Below are positions 1-10,145 of a stretch of DNA of 64,000 nt, piece by piece (positions within the stretch are counted from its first letter, which is position 1; each line of letters starts with the position of its first letter). The DNA is taken from NCBI GenBank assembly GCA_963804645.1, contig CAWDRG010000017.1:320001-384000 (forward strand), in the 5' to 3' direction. The translations under genes and the position numbers were made by a program. The notes under the pieces are model-generated. The model did no database searches and was not told the origin of the DNA. It saw only the letters and a program-made list of their open reading frames with translations. The stretch comes from an uncultured Bacillota bacterium. GTDB lineage: Bacteria; Sysuimicrobiota; Sysuimicrobiia; Sysuimicrobiales; Segetimicrobiaceae.

Positions 1-1443
1 TTCTCAGACGAACTCGAGCAGGAGTGGCACTGGACGGAACGCTACGCCGCGCAGCCAGAGATACTGCGGTATGCCAACCACGTCGCAGAGCGCTTCGATC
101 TCACACGGGACATCCAGTTTGAGACGCGTGTCACGGGTGCGATTTTCGACGACACCACGGACCGCTGGACAATCCGCACCGATCGTGGCGACCTGATCCC
201 CGCAACGTTCTGCGTGATGGCGACGGGCTGCTTATCTACCGCGAAGGTCCCCGATTTCAAGGGGCTCGAGATATTTCGGGGATGCAGGTATCACACTGGG
301 CACTGGCCCCATAAAGGCGTGGACTTCACCGGTCAACGGGTCGGTGTCATCGGTACGGGCTCGTCCGCGATCCAGTCCATCCCGATCATCGCCGGCCAGG
401 CGTCACACCTGTTCGTGTTCCAACGGACTCCCAACTTCAGCGTGCCCGCGCACAACGGACCGCTCTCCCCTGCGGTGACCCGGGATTGGGAAATGAACCG
501 CAACGAGTACCGGCACCGGGCCCGGACGTCGCGTACCGGTATCCTCCATGAATGGGGAACCGAATCGGCGCTGGACGTTCCGCCAGAAGAGCGCGACCGC
601 GCATACGAGTTGCGATGGCAACGGGGCGGCTTGGGCTTCGGTGCGGCATTCTCCGACATCGGAGTCAACAAGGAAGCCAACGACACCGCCGCCGAGTTCG
701 TGCGCGCAAAGATATGCGGGATCGTCCGGGATCGGGCCGTGGCCGAGATGCTCCTCCCGAAAGACTACCCGTTGGGAACCAAGCGTCTCTGCGTGGACAC
801 TGGGTACTACGCCACGTTCAACCGTGAGAATGTCACCCTGGTCGACGTTCGATCGACGCCGATCGAAGAGATCACCCCTGCGGGCGTTCGGACCTCGACG
901 GCTGAGTACGCGGTGGACAGTCTCGTGTTTGCGACCGGCTTCGATGCGATGACGGGCACGTTGTGCAGCATCGACATCCGCGGCAGAGCCGGCGCCGCAC
1001 TGAAGCAGAAGTGGTCGCAAGGACCACGCAGCTATCTCGGCATCATGGTGGCCGGCTTCCCCAACTTGTTCACCATCACCGGCCCCGGCAGTCCCTCTGT
1101 CCTCAGCAACATGATCGTGTCGATCGAGCAACACGTCGACTGGATTGCCGACTGCCTCGCGTTCTTGCGCCAGCACCGGCTCACGGCCATCGAACCGACC
1201 GTGGACGCGGAGAACGCATGGGTCGCGCACGTCAACGAGGTCGCCGATAGCACGCTGTATCCCCGAGCCAACTCCTGGTACATGGGAGCAAACATCCCCG
1301 GGAAGCCGCGCGTATTCATGCCGTACGTGGGCGGGCTCGGAGTCTACAGGCAGAAATGCGACGAAGTGGCGGCCAACGGCTACGAAGGCTTTACCCTCGC
1401 CGCCCCTGCTCCGGAGGCGGATCGGAGCGTCGACCGCCCATAG
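1..1443 (+). CDS. Baeyer-Villiger monooxygenase (cyclohexanone/phenylacetone monooxygenase family), 5' truncated by window edge
   Basis: Frame open from base 1 (FSDELEQEWHWTERYAAQPEILRY); BVMO fingerprint FRGCRYHTGHWP; GTGSSAIQ NADPH motif; ATGFDA; SWYMGANIPGKPR. Confidence 0.95.
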   Translation, partial: FSDELEQEWHWTERYAAQPEILRYANHVAERFDLTRDIQFETRVTGAIFDDTTDRWTIRTDRGDLIPATFCVMATGCLSTAKVPDFKGLEIFRGCRYHTGHWPHKGVDFTGQRVGVIGTGSSAIQSIPIIAGQASHLFVFQRTPNFSVPAHNGPLSPAVTRDWEMNRNEYRHRARTSRTGILHEWGTESALDVPPEERDRAYELRWQRGGLGFGAAFSDIGVNKEANDTAAEFVRAKICGIVRDRAVAEMLLPKDYPLGTKRLCVDTGYYATFNRENVTLVDVRSTPIEEITPAGVRTSTAEYAVDSLVFATGFDAMTGTLCSIDIRGRAGAALKQKWSQGPRSYLGIMVAGFPNLFTITGPGSPSVLSNMIVSIEQHVDWIADCLAFLRQHRLTAIEPTVDAENAWVAHVNEVADSTLYPRANSWYMGANIPGKPRVFMPYVGGLGVYRQKCDEVAANGYEGFTLAAPAPEADRSVDRP

Positions 1444-1785
1444 GACCGGACTTGTGACTGTTGCCTAAGCGCCGGGCCCGACCGGTGCGCCGTCAAATCT
1501 CTTCACGCTTGATTTCAAAGGGAAATTTGCGCGATTTGGAATCCGCGTGGGTGCGACCACTATCGCTACCGATTGGTCGATTTTCTCGAGCCCCGATGAC
1601 AAAGCCCGCTTCCGATCCGCCTGACTCGATCGATGAAATTCACGTGGGCTATCTCTAACGGTTGGGGTCCGCCCGCCGCGCCGATTCGCGCTCAGTACTA
1701 GTCAGAGCCTCGAAATTGCGGGTCGGAGACTCTGAATCAGATGCGTGTGTAACGGACTACAGCTGAGATACCTCGGTGGCGTCGG

Positions 1786-2226
1786 TCAGGTCTCCGATCG
1801 ATAGACGTCCTTGGTGATGTGTGATGCGAACTTCCACGTTCCCGCTTGACGCACGAAGATGTCGCTGCACTCGGTGACCGCCCACGGCACGGGCGGTGCG
1901 ATCTCCGAGCCCTCGCTCCGGAAGATCACCGACATCGAGCTCCCCTCGACCTTGTCCTTGCCCACGACGCGAAAGCGGAAGTTGGTCATGATGTGCCTCG
2001 TGGTGCGGTCGACCGCGGCGCGATCCTTACCCCACGCCTTGACAGCATCCTTGCCGACCATGGGCCCATAGGCCATCTGGATGAACACATCGTCAGTGAC
2101 CAGCTCGTGGATAGTGTCCGCACTCCGATGGTCGACGCGCCAGGCGAATTCGACGACAAGGTCGATCAGGTCTTGACGGTCGCGCTCCGTTAGCGCGTCC
2201 GCACTGTCATTTGTTCCGGCGGGCAT
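1786..2226 (-). CDS. SnoaL-like / NTF2-family protein
   Basis: 146 aa; DRQDLIDLVVEFAWRVD...TRHIMTNF...D.FVRQAGTWKFAS pattern. Confidence 0.8.
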   Translation of the reverse strand: MPAGTNDSADALTERDRQDLIDLVVEFAWRVDHRSADTIHELVTDDVFIQMAYGPMVGKDAVKAWGKDRAAVDRTTRHIMTNFRFRVVGKDKVEGSSMSVIFRSEGSEIAPPVPWAVTECSDIFVRQAGTWKFASHITKDVYRSET

Positions 2227-2581
2227 TGAACACTCCTTCAGCCACCGGACGCGCGGTCAGCACGACGCCGACGCCCACATAGAGCCCGGTGTGGACGATC
2301 ACCTCGCGAATCTCATTCTCCGTCGCGCCGTTCGCAAGGGCTCCCACGACATGAGCGCGTAGGGCCTCGTCGGGCATGTGCGCCGCTACGAGTGCGGCGA
2401 TCGTGCAGAGACTCCGTGTCCGCAGATCCAGCTCCTGGCGGTTCCAGAGCTCACCGAAGAAGCGCTCCACGATGAACTCGTCCAGGTAGCCGAACGCGCC
2501 CTCGGCCTCCGACTTCTTGTACTCCGCCCCGAACATGGCGTGCCGGATCGCAATGCCTGCTTCCTTTGGGTCCCGTGTCAT
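2207..2581 (-). CDS. Carboxymuconolactone decarboxylase family protein
   Basis: FGELWNRQELDLRTRSLCTIAAL...HVVGALANGATENEIREVIVH. Confidence 0.88.
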   Translation of the reverse strand: MTRDPKEAGIAIRHAMFGAEYKKSEAEGAFGYLDEFIVERFFGELWNRQELDLRTRSLCTIAALVAAHMPDEALRAHVVGALANGATENEIREVIVHTGLYVGVGVVLTARPVAEGVFNARRNK

Positions 2582-2632
2582 TCTCCCCTCCAGTCAGTCT
2601 CACGACCATTGATGACTCGTTTGGTCCGCCGG

Positions 2633-3871
2633 TCACGTTGGATTCGCCGCGTGCCGTGAGATCGAGGCGTCGATCACGACGGCGATGACCAAGACGACGC
2701 CTTGCACCGTCCACTGAACCTGTTGCGAGACAGCCATCAGCTGCAGGCCGTTCTGGATGCTGCCCATAAGGATGCCGCCGAGGAGGACCGACCAGATGCT
2801 GCCTCTGCCGCCGAACAGGCTGACGCCGCCGATGACCACGGCTGACAGCGCCACAAGCAACAGGGTGAGATCAGTCGATTGCGCGGACACGCCCAGGGAT
2901 CGCGAGGCGTTGATGACACCGGCCCAGGCGGCGACGAATCCGGCGATGCCGAACGTGATCGCGGTCACTCCCTCGACCCTGATGCCGGCGCGGCGCGCGG
3001 CCTCTGGGTTCCCGCCAATCGCATAGATGTGCTTGCCGAGCGGGGTCTGCGTTCCGACATACGACAGCACGGCTGCGATGGTGACGACGATCACGGCCGG
3101 AAGCGGCACCCCGCGGTACGGGTTGAAGACGGAAATGAGGATCCCGAATACGGCGACCGCCAGCCCGGCGGTCGGCAGCACCGTGCTTCGCAGTAGGTGG
3201 GACGGCGACCCCTCACGGAGCCGTGCCGCGTGGTAGTTCCGGCGTAACAGCCCGAAGAGCGCGACACCCATTCCGCCCAGCAGGTAGCTGAGCCAGTCCG
3301 GGAGATACGTCCCGGCGATGGCCTGCAGCGGAGTTCCCGACAGGACAATGACCTGCGTCACCGGCAGCATCCACATCAGTGCCGCGTTCAGGATGAACAT
3401 CCCACCGAGCGTGACGATGAACGACGGCGCCCTCGACTTCATCACAATCCAGGACTGGAACGTGGGAACGCACACACCCGCGATCAGGGCCAGCGCCACG
3501 GCGACTACGGGATTCCAGCCCTCTTCTGCGCTCAGATACGCGGCGATTCCCCCGCAGACTGCCGCGAGCGAGGCGAGCGAGATATCGATCTGTCGAACGA
3601 CGACGACGAAGACGAGCGCGAGGGCGAGCAACGACGAGACCGCGATCTGATTCGATAGGTTCGTGAGATTCCGACTGCTCAGGAACAGCGGGCTCTCGAT
3701 CGCGAAGAGGACCCAGACCACCCCAAGCGAGAGGACGAGCGGCAAAGTCCGCCACGGACCGGTCAGCCCGGCGACCACCTGCCGACGCAGGTCGACGCGG
3801 CGCGGCGCTGGGCGGTTCGTCGGGGCCACGGCGGGGAACGTCTCGCGTTGCTCAGCCGACGGAGCGCTCAT
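2633..3871 (-). CDS. Sugar ABC transporter permease (XylH/RbsC type)
   Basis: Hydrophobic helices; GKHIYAIGGNPEAARRAGI; AVVIGGVSLFGGRG; start MSAPSAE overlaps ATPase stop (ATGA). Confidence 0.92.
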   Translation of the reverse strand: MSAPSAEQRETFPAVAPTNRPAPRRVDLRRQVVAGLTGPWRTLPLVLSLGVVWVLFAIESPLFLSSRNLTNLSNQIAVSSLLALALVFVVVVRQIDISLASLAAVCGGIAAYLSAEEGWNPVVAVALALIAGVCVPTFQSWIVMKSRAPSFIVTLGGMFILNAALMWMLPVTQVIVLSGTPLQAIAGTYLPDWLSYLLGGMGVALFGLLRRNYHAARLREGSPSHLLRSTVLPTAGLAVAVFGILISVFNPYRGVPLPAVIVVTIAAVLSYVGTQTPLGKHIYAIGGNPEAARRAGIRVEGVTAITFGIAGFVAAWAGVINASRSLGVSAQSTDLTLLLVALSAVVIGGVSLFGGRGSIWSVLLGGILMGSIQNGLQLMAVSQQVQWTVQGVVLVIAVVIDASISRHAANPT

Positions 3872-4674
3872 TGCAGAAATGCATCGCTCGCGCTTGCCTG
3901 ATCGGCGAGCTGCTCGAGGCGAGCGGCGCCGGTGATCGCCGACACGAGCGCATGCTCGGTCCACTCCGCTGCGGCCTGGTCGGCGATGGTTTCGCCCAGT
4001 CGAAGGACCACGATGCGGTCGGCCACTCGAAGCAAATCGGGGATATTGTGTGAGATGACGATGACCCCCCGCCCCTGCGCCTTCAGGCGTCCGATGAGCG
4101 TCAACACATCCTGCGTTTGACTCACGCCGAGCGCGGCCGTCGGCTCGTCGAGCACGATCACCTTCGGGTCGCCGAGCACGGCCCGGCAGACCGCAGCACA
4201 CTGACGTTGTCCGCCGGAGAGGGCGCCGAGGGGCACGTCGATGTGGGTGATCCGGATGGCCATCGAGTCGAGGATCTCCCGCCCCACCCGCTCCATCTCC
4301 GGCCGCTTCAGCCGCCAGCCCTGCAAAAACCCGCTCCGCGGCTCACGTCCCAGGAAGATGTTGTCGATGATGTCGAGGTTGTCGCAGAGCGCGAGATCCT
4401 GATACACGGTCTGGATCCCGAGATTGACCGCGTCGCTCGGCCGCCGGATCTCAACCGGGTTACCCTCGAAGCGGATCACTCCGCGATCGAGCGGAACGCT
4501 CCCGGACAGGATCTTGATGAGCGTCGACTTGCCGGCGCCGTTGTCCCCCACCAGCGCGACGACTTCGCCACGATGCAGAGTGAGGTTCGCATTGCGTAAG
4601 GCCACGACGGCACCGTAGGCCTTCGCGATGCCGCGGAGTTCGAGAAGGGGGCCGCCCTGCCGATCAGCGATCAC
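3868..4674 (-). CDS. Sugar ABC transporter ATP-binding protein
   Basis: Walker A GDNGAGKST, LSGGQRQ signature, Walker B VIVLDEPTAAL. Confidence 0.95.
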   Translation of the reverse strand: MIADRQGGPLLELRGIAKAYGAVVALRNANLTLHRGEVVALVGDNGAGKSTLIKILSGSVPLDRGVIRFEGNPVEIRRPSDAVNLGIQTVYQDLALCDNLDIIDNIFLGREPRSGFLQGWRLKRPEMERVGREILDSMAIRITHIDVPLGALSGGQRQCAAVCRAVLGDPKVIVLDEPTAALGVSQTQDVLTLIGRLKAQGRGVIVISHNIPDLLRVADRIVVLRLGETIADQAAAEWTEHALVSAITGAARLEQLADQASASDAFLQ

Positions 4675-4733
4675 TGCCCCTCCCGTGCGGATTCGACAAC
4701 GGCCGTTCCTTTTTCTCCTTCTTGCGGGACGCG

Positions 4734-6233
4734 CTATTCAATGGGTTTCGTGAATTCCCTCTGCGATACCGGCAACGAATCCATGACCATCGTCTTCGTC
4801 TCCAGGAACGGCAATAGACCCTCCAGTCCGCCTTCGCGGCCTAGGCCGGATTGCTTGAACCCGCCCATGGCGATTCTGGCGTCTGTCCGCGAGCCGTTGT
4901 GTCCGACCGAACCTGCCCGCAACCGGCGTCCCACCACATAGTAACGTTCAACATCGTTGGTGAACACAGCGGCGTTCAGCCCATAGATCGTGTCATTGGC
5001 GATGTCGATTGCGTTCTCCTCGTTTTCTGCCGGGATCACGGACAACACAGGGCCGAAAATCTCCTCCCGCGCGATGGTCGAGTTGTTATCGACATCTCCG
5101 AATACGGTCGGCTCGATGAAGAATCCGCGATGGAGATGCGCCGGCCGTCCTCCGCCGGTCGCGAGCTTCGCGCCTTCTGCCTTGCCCTTGGTGATGTAGC
5201 CTTCGACCCGGTCGCGCTGACGGCGCATCGCCAACGGCCCCATCTGGCACGCCGAGTCGAACGGATCGCCCACCGTGACGCTTTCAAAATACGCACTCAG
5301 CGCGTCAACCAGCGCATCATGGCGTTTGCGATTCACGACGATACGAGTCAGTGAGGAACACACTTGCCCAGTCAGGAAGATGGCACTTTCGCTAATCGTT
5401 TTCGCGGCCATACCGACATCGTAATCGTCTAGGATCACGGCGGCTGATTTTCCTCCGAGTTCGAGCGTGTAGCGGGCAATGCGCTCACCGCAGATCGACG
5501 CGATCTTTCGGCCGGCTGCCGTCGAGCCGGTAAACGTCACCTTGTCGATATCGGGATGCCGTACCAACAATTCGGAAACCTCACGGTCCGCCGTCACCAT
5601 ATTGAAGACTCCCGACGGCAGGCCGATTTTCTTACAAATTTCCGCGAAGACGTACGCCGCGCCAGGCGCTTCTGGCGACGCCTTCACGACAACCGTGCAG
5701 CCCGCCAGCAGCGCTGGTGCGGTCTTGTTGGAAATCAGCGCGCCGGGGTGATTCCAGGGGACAATGGCAGCCACCACGCCCACCGGCTCGCGCACCAGCA
5801 GACCGATTCCGCTGCCGGCGCTGGTCTTGTGCTCTTCCTGAAAGACATACGTGTCGGCAAGCCCGGCATAGAACCGGAATTTATCACCGAGGCCGCGCGT
5901 GGCAGCCTTGGCGATGTTGTGCGTCACGCCGGACTCCGTGACCCAAATCCGGGCGAGTTCATCGGTACGAGCGTCGAGTTCGGTTGCGATAGCATTCAAA
6001 TAGCCAGCGCGCTCCTTATGGCTCATGCGCGGCCACGGACCTTTATCGAATGCTTTACGCGCGGCGGCTACTACTCGATTGATGTCCGCGGCTTGGGCTT
6101 CCGCGACGCTGACGAACAACTCCTCCGTCCCGGAATTGATGACATCGATCTTGGACGCGCCGGAGGGGGCGGCCCATTCGCCATCGATGAAAAACCGATC
6201 GGGATGGGCCACGGGTGAGGTACTGACTGTCAT
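4734..6233 (-). CDS. Aldehyde dehydrogenase
   Basis: PWNHP, FTGSTAAG, LELGGKS, catalytic GQVC, EEIFGPV. Confidence 0.96.
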   Translation of the reverse strand: MTVSTSPVAHPDRFFIDGEWAAPSGASKIDVINSGTEELFVSVAEAQAADINRVVAAARKAFDKGPWPRMSHKERAGYLNAIATELDARTDELARIWVTESGVTHNIAKAATRGLGDKFRFYAGLADTYVFQEEHKTSAGSGIGLLVREPVGVVAAIVPWNHPGALISNKTAPALLAGCTVVVKASPEAPGAAYVFAEICKKIGLPSGVFNMVTADREVSELLVRHPDIDKVTFTGSTAAGRKIASICGERIARYTLELGGKSAAVILDDYDVGMAAKTISESAIFLTGQVCSSLTRIVVNRKRHDALVDALSAYFESVTVGDPFDSACQMGPLAMRRQRDRVEGYITKGKAEGAKLATGGGRPAHLHRGFFIEPTVFGDVDNNSTIAREEIFGPVLSVIPAENEENAIDIANDTIYGLNAAVFTNDVERYYVVGRRLRAGSVGHNGSRTDARIAMGGFKQSGLGREGGLEGLLPFLETKTMVMDSLPVSQREFTKPIE

Positions 6234-6280
6234 AATGTCTCCTCCGTTTTCTTGGGGTCGCGGATGACGCTTCGTAGCGA

Positions 6281-6667
6281 CTAGCGCGTCTTGATCGATA
6301 TGGCCCCGACGTTGAGATATTCCTCCATGTGTTCGCTGCGAGGGCGACCTCGCCTCGCGCCTCCGCGAGCGGCTTGCCGTGCTCGGCGGTCATGATCGCC
6401 GCGATCTCCTCGGCGGTCGACGATGAGTTCGCGAGCGCGCGCAGGACGCGCGCCCGCTCGAGAGCCGTCCGTCCGCGCCAGCCCGCTGGTGCCCCGGCTG
6501 CGGCATCGGTCGCAGCGAAAATGTCAGCCGCGCCCGCGTCGGTCACCAATCCGATCACGGCCCCCCGACGCTGGGTTCGTGAGGTCGAGACGGCCCGCGC
6601 CCGCGGCCTCAGTCCAGCGTCCGCCGATGAACAATCGCTCGACGACCTCCGCCGCCAAGGCGGTCAT
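6281..6667 (-). pseudogene. Internally deleted aldehyde dehydrogenase (GabD/SSADH-like) remnant
   Basis: MTALAAEVVERLFIGGRW...NPASG, frameshift in a G run near 6560, then ...MTAEHGKPLAEARGEV joined directly to an ALDH C-terminal tail MEEYLNVGAISIKTR*. Confidence 0.85.
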
Positions 6668-7179
6668 CGGGTGAACGAGATGTCGCCGCGGCCGCGGATC
6701 GGCTGGATGAACGTCCCTTCCTCACTTGGCGGGATCGGGAACGGCGTGCGGCCAGCTACGTCGCCACGACTCCACTCGTGCACCGTCTCGCGGAGGACCA
6801 CGCCCCAGCGTCCGTTCCGGCGCTCCCACCGATCCACGTACCGGCCGGCGAAGACGTCGATGACCTCCCGGCCATCCTGACTCCGGCCCGCGTACGTCAT
6901 AAAGTACGCCTCCGAGAACGCTTTGTCCCCGACGACATCGATCGACAGGTTGCCCATGAAATGCGTGGTGAACGTGGTCGCTTCCTTATTCGCTGGAATG
7001 AAATGCGCGACGAACTCCCAGGCCGGTGCCTTGAAGGCGCGTGCGTCCTTGTGGAAGATCGAGCGCATGAGCTCTTCGTCGCAGCGGTCGACCCCGCGGC
7101 AATAGCGCATCAATGCATCGTGGATCTCCTGCTTGTCGAGGAGGATCCGCAGCTCAGGAGCGATCGGCAGGTCACCCAT
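6664..7179 (-). CDS. SnoaL-like / NTF2-family protein (LinA/BaiE-like)
   Basis: LLDKQEIHDALMRYCRGVDRCD...GRYVDRWERRNGRW. Confidence 0.88.
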   Translation of the reverse strand: MGDLPIAPELRILLDKQEIHDALMRYCRGVDRCDEELMRSIFHKDARAFKAPAWEFVAHFIPANKEATTFTTHFMGNLSIDVVGDKAFSEAYFMTYAGRSQDGREVIDVFAGRYVDRWERRNGRWGVVLRETVHEWSRGDVAGRTPFPIPPSEEGTFIQPIRGRGDISFTR

Positions 7180-7229
7180 CGCGTCGTCCCTTCAGGCCCC
7201 GGCTTCGTCGTCGCTGCCCATCGGTCGCG

Positions 7230-8357
7230 TTAGGCATGCTTGAGCGCGCGGGCGATGTCTCGAGCCTCGTAGCCGAACTCGCGGAACATTCCGCTGATGT
7301 TGTTCTTGAAGCCGACGAAATACAAGCGTGGCGCGTTCGGTGCCGCCTCGCCGCCATACACGATCGGCCGGCCGCGTTCGTTGAGAATGTCGAGATGGCC
7401 AACGAGCGGCTCGAGGCCGCGGCGGTAGCCAACGCAGGCGATCACTGCGTCAGGCGCGAGACGGCTGCCGTCCGCAAGGACGACCTCCCCGCCCTCGATA
7501 CGCTCGACCGCTGGAACCGGCGTGATCCTCCGCTGCTTGACGAGCGGAATCATCCCGACATCGATGACTGGGATGACATCATCGCGGATCATCTGCGTGA
7601 CCACGCCACGGGGGGAGGGCGGCAACCCGTACTCGGACAGGTCGTGCAAGCCGCCCTTGCGTTGTAAGAACGCCATCAACCGATCGCCGAATTCCGTGGA
7701 CGCCCCGAAGGACCGCAGCAGGATGCCGAGCAGCGGCGGCGGGATGGGACCGTCGCGTGTTGTCAGGTTCGGCGGTGTGCGATACGAAAGCCAGACCTTA
7801 CCGGCACCACCTTCGACCAGATCGACGGCGATCTCGGCTCCGGTGTTGCCGATGCCCACCACCAGCACATCGCGGCCCCGATATGGGGCGCCGTTCTTGT
7901 AGCGCGCACCGAGCGTGATGTTCCCTGGAAACTGGTCAAGTCCAGGCCAGGTCGGCTCGACCGGCACTCGGTTGTAGCCGGTCGCGACCACCACAGCCCA
8001 CGCGTCGAACGGGCCCGCCGACGTCTCGAGGCGCCAGCCGTCCGGCGTACGATCCACTCGCCGCACCTCAACACCCGTCCGGACGTCCAATCCGTGATGG
8101 GCGACGTATCGCTCCAAGTGCGCAACCACGCCGTCGCGCGAGACCCACTTCCCCTCGCTGCGCGGGAATCGGAGCCCGGGCAGATTCGACAGCCAGCGGA
8201 TCGTGTGCAGATGAAGCCGGTCGTACTGACCGCGCCAGAACTCGCCGACCCTGCCCCGTTCGAAGACCACGGGCTGGTACCCGCGCCGCTTGAGCACCGC
8301 GGCAGCGGAGAGCCCCCCGGGTCCGGCGCCGATCACTGCGACTACCCGCTTAACCAC
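7230..8357 (-). CDS. Flavin-containing monooxygenase (YUCCA/FMO-like)
   Basis: GAGPGG FAD motif, WRGQYDRLHLHT, VATGY, GIGNTGAEIA; likely GTG start near 8357. Confidence 0.9.
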   Translation of the reverse strand: MVKRVVAVIGAGPGGLSAAAVLKRRGYQPVVFERGRVGEFWRGQYDRLHLHTIRWLSNLPGLRFPRSEGKWVSRDGVVAHLERYVAHHGLDVRTGVEVRRVDRTPDGWRLETSAGPFDAWAVVVATGYNRVPVEPTWPGLDQFPGNITLGARYKNGAPYRGRDVLVVGIGNTGAEIAVDLVEGGAGKVWLSYRTPPNLTTRDGPIPPPLLGILLRSFGASTEFGDRLMAFLQRKGGLHDLSEYGLPPSPRGVVTQMIRDDVIPVIDVGMIPLVKQRRITPVPAVERIEGGEVVLADGSRLAPDAVIACVGYRRGLEPLVGHLDILNERGRPIVYGGEAAPNAPRLYFVGFKNNISGMFREFGYEARDIARALKHA

Positions 8358-9156
8358 GGCGGCGAGGCACCCATCTGAATCCGCTTCCCGACCGCTCGAC
8401 GCGCGCTGGAGCCTGACCCGGGATATGGGTCGCCAACACATCGACGCCGCGGTCGGCGAATTCGTTTAGCAGCCGGCGCCGCGTTTCGAGCCCGAGAGCT
8501 TGGTCGATGTCCGGAACGACGGCTTGGGGCCGCTCGACGAGCTCGATCGCGTGAATGAGGTCGGCCGCGAAGACGAGCGGCTCGCGGCCGTCAACCTCCA
8601 CGACCGAGTGCCCCGGTGTATGCCCGGGCGCGGGCCGCAGGCGAACGCCCGGAGCGACCTCGACGTCGTCCGCGACGGCGACCAGCACGGGCGCGAGTGC
8701 CGCGACCGCGACGGGGCCGCCTTCGTTGATACGGCCAGACCCTCCGCCCCGGGACCACTCAACCTCGACGGCAGAGGCGACGACACGAGCGTTGGGGAAC
8801 GCCGGGGTGAGATCGTCCGGCCATGAACCGTGGAGCGCTCCGCCGACGTGATCCCCGTGGAGATGGGTCAGTATGACCAGATCGATATCGGTCGGCTTCA
8901 CGCGATGCGCGCGCAGCGCCGCGTCCAGATCCATCTGCAAGCCGTCGATGAGATGGGCCATCACGCCGGTTCCCGTGTCGACGATGATCGTCTGCCCGCG
9001 CCGCTGGAGCAGGAGCGCATTGACCGCGACGCGGATCCTCACGCCCGGGTCGGCGTCCACGACGAATGCACTCAGCGGGGCTTCGAACTGCTTGAGCTCG
9101 AGGACGGTCACAGCCCAGTTGCCGTCGTCCGCGGCTCTCGGCAATTGGCGTCTCAT
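8350..9156 (-). CDS. MBL-fold metallo-hydrolase (AHL-lactonase/MPH-like)
   Basis: THLHGDHVGG metal motif, PGHTPGH, ADLIH; start coupled to NHL gene stop. Confidence 0.9.
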   Translation of the reverse strand: MRRQLPRAADDGNWAVTVLELKQFEAPLSAFVVDADPGVRIRVAVNALLLQRRGQTIIVDTGTGVMAHLIDGLQMDLDAALRAHRVKPTDIDLVILTHLHGDHVGGALHGSWPDDLTPAFPNARVVASAVEVEWSRGGGSGRINEGGPVAVAALAPVLVAVADDVEVAPGVRLRPAPGHTPGHSVVEVDGREPLVFAADLIHAIELVERPQAVVPDIDQALGLETRRRLLNEFADRGVDVLATHIPGQAPARVERSGSGFRWVPRRRG

Positions 9157-10091
9157 GCAGCCACCCGCCGCCACTTTCGGAGACTGATTTCCTCGCTCGC
9201 GGGAACGGGGAGACCGAGCTGGCCGGTGGACCACGTTCGGCGTGCCTCGGCGACATAGAGATCGCCCTTCGAATCGAGCGCGAGTCCGTGTGGTGCGAGG
9301 AACTGGTCGGGCGCGTCGCCGGGAAGCGTCGACCCGATCCGGGCGACGGTCTCGCCGTGATCGTTGACCACGATCACCCGATTCCCGAGATTCGGCAGGC
9401 CGTGCTGGGACGGAGCGGGACCAAGCTCCGCCACGAAGAACAGTCCGTCTTGGGGCGAGCGGGTGATGGCCAGCGGTCTGAACGCGTGCCACTGCTCAAC
9501 GAACTTTCCGTCCAGGGTGAAGATCTGGAGCCGGAAATTCTCACGGTCGCAGACGATGACATGATCAGCGTCCAGGAAAGTGATCCCGTGGGGCACGGAG
9601 AATTGGCCAGGGTACCCGCCTGACTCGCCCCACGACAGGATGTGCTCGCCTCCCGGGCTGAACCGGTGCACGCGTGCATTGCCGTATCCGTCCGTGACGA
9701 ACAGCTCGCGCGTCACCGGATGCACGGCCACGTCGGTCGGCCCGTTGAAATACCGCCCGCTGTGTCGTTCGGCTGGCTGACCGAAGGTGCCGATCTGCAT
9801 CAGCAACTCGCCGCTCTTCGTCCGCTTCTGCACGACGTGGCCGAGGCGGCTGTCGACGAGATGGAGGTTGTCATCAGCATCAATCGTGATGGCGTGGGGG
9901 TTCTGGAACTCGCCATCGCCCCATCCACCCAGGAGGGTCCCGTCGGTTCGAAAGACCAGCATCGGCCGAGGGCCGCGATTGAACACGTACACCCGGTCCG
10001 CTGAGTCGACCGCGACGGAATTCGCGTCACCGCTGAAGCTCACGCCAGCCGGCACGCTCCCCCACTCCGCTGACGGTTCATACCGCAGCAT
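9153..10091 (-). CDS. NHL-repeat protein, peptidyl-alpha-hydroxyglycine alpha-amidating lyase family
   Basis: Repeated F..PH.I/PTDVAV units, DGYGNARVHRFS, DRENFRLQIF. Confidence 0.88.
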   Translation of the reverse strand: MLRYEPSAEWGSVPAGVSFSGDANSVAVDSADRVYVFNRGPRPMLVFRTDGTLLGGWGDGEFQNPHAITIDADDNLHLVDSRLGHVVQKRTKSGELLMQIGTFGQPAERHSGRYFNGPTDVAVHPVTRELFVTDGYGNARVHRFSPGGEHILSWGESGGYPGQFSVPHGITFLDADHVIVCDRENFRLQIFTLDGKFVEQWHAFRPLAITRSPQDGLFFVAELGPAPSQHGLPNLGNRVIVVNDHGETVARIGSTLPGDAPDQFLAPHGLALDSKGDLYVAEARRTWSTGQLGLPVPASEEISLRKWRRVAA

Positions 10092-10145
10092 TGCCCCTCC
10101 CGTGCGGTACCGACCACGGCCGATCCCGTCGCAACGCGCTTGGCC

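Noticed and set aside
1444..1785. Intergenic region with TCAGAG/CTCTGA inverted repeat and a 65-aa ORF
   Set aside because: Short stem between convergent genes, with no coding or mobile-element evidence
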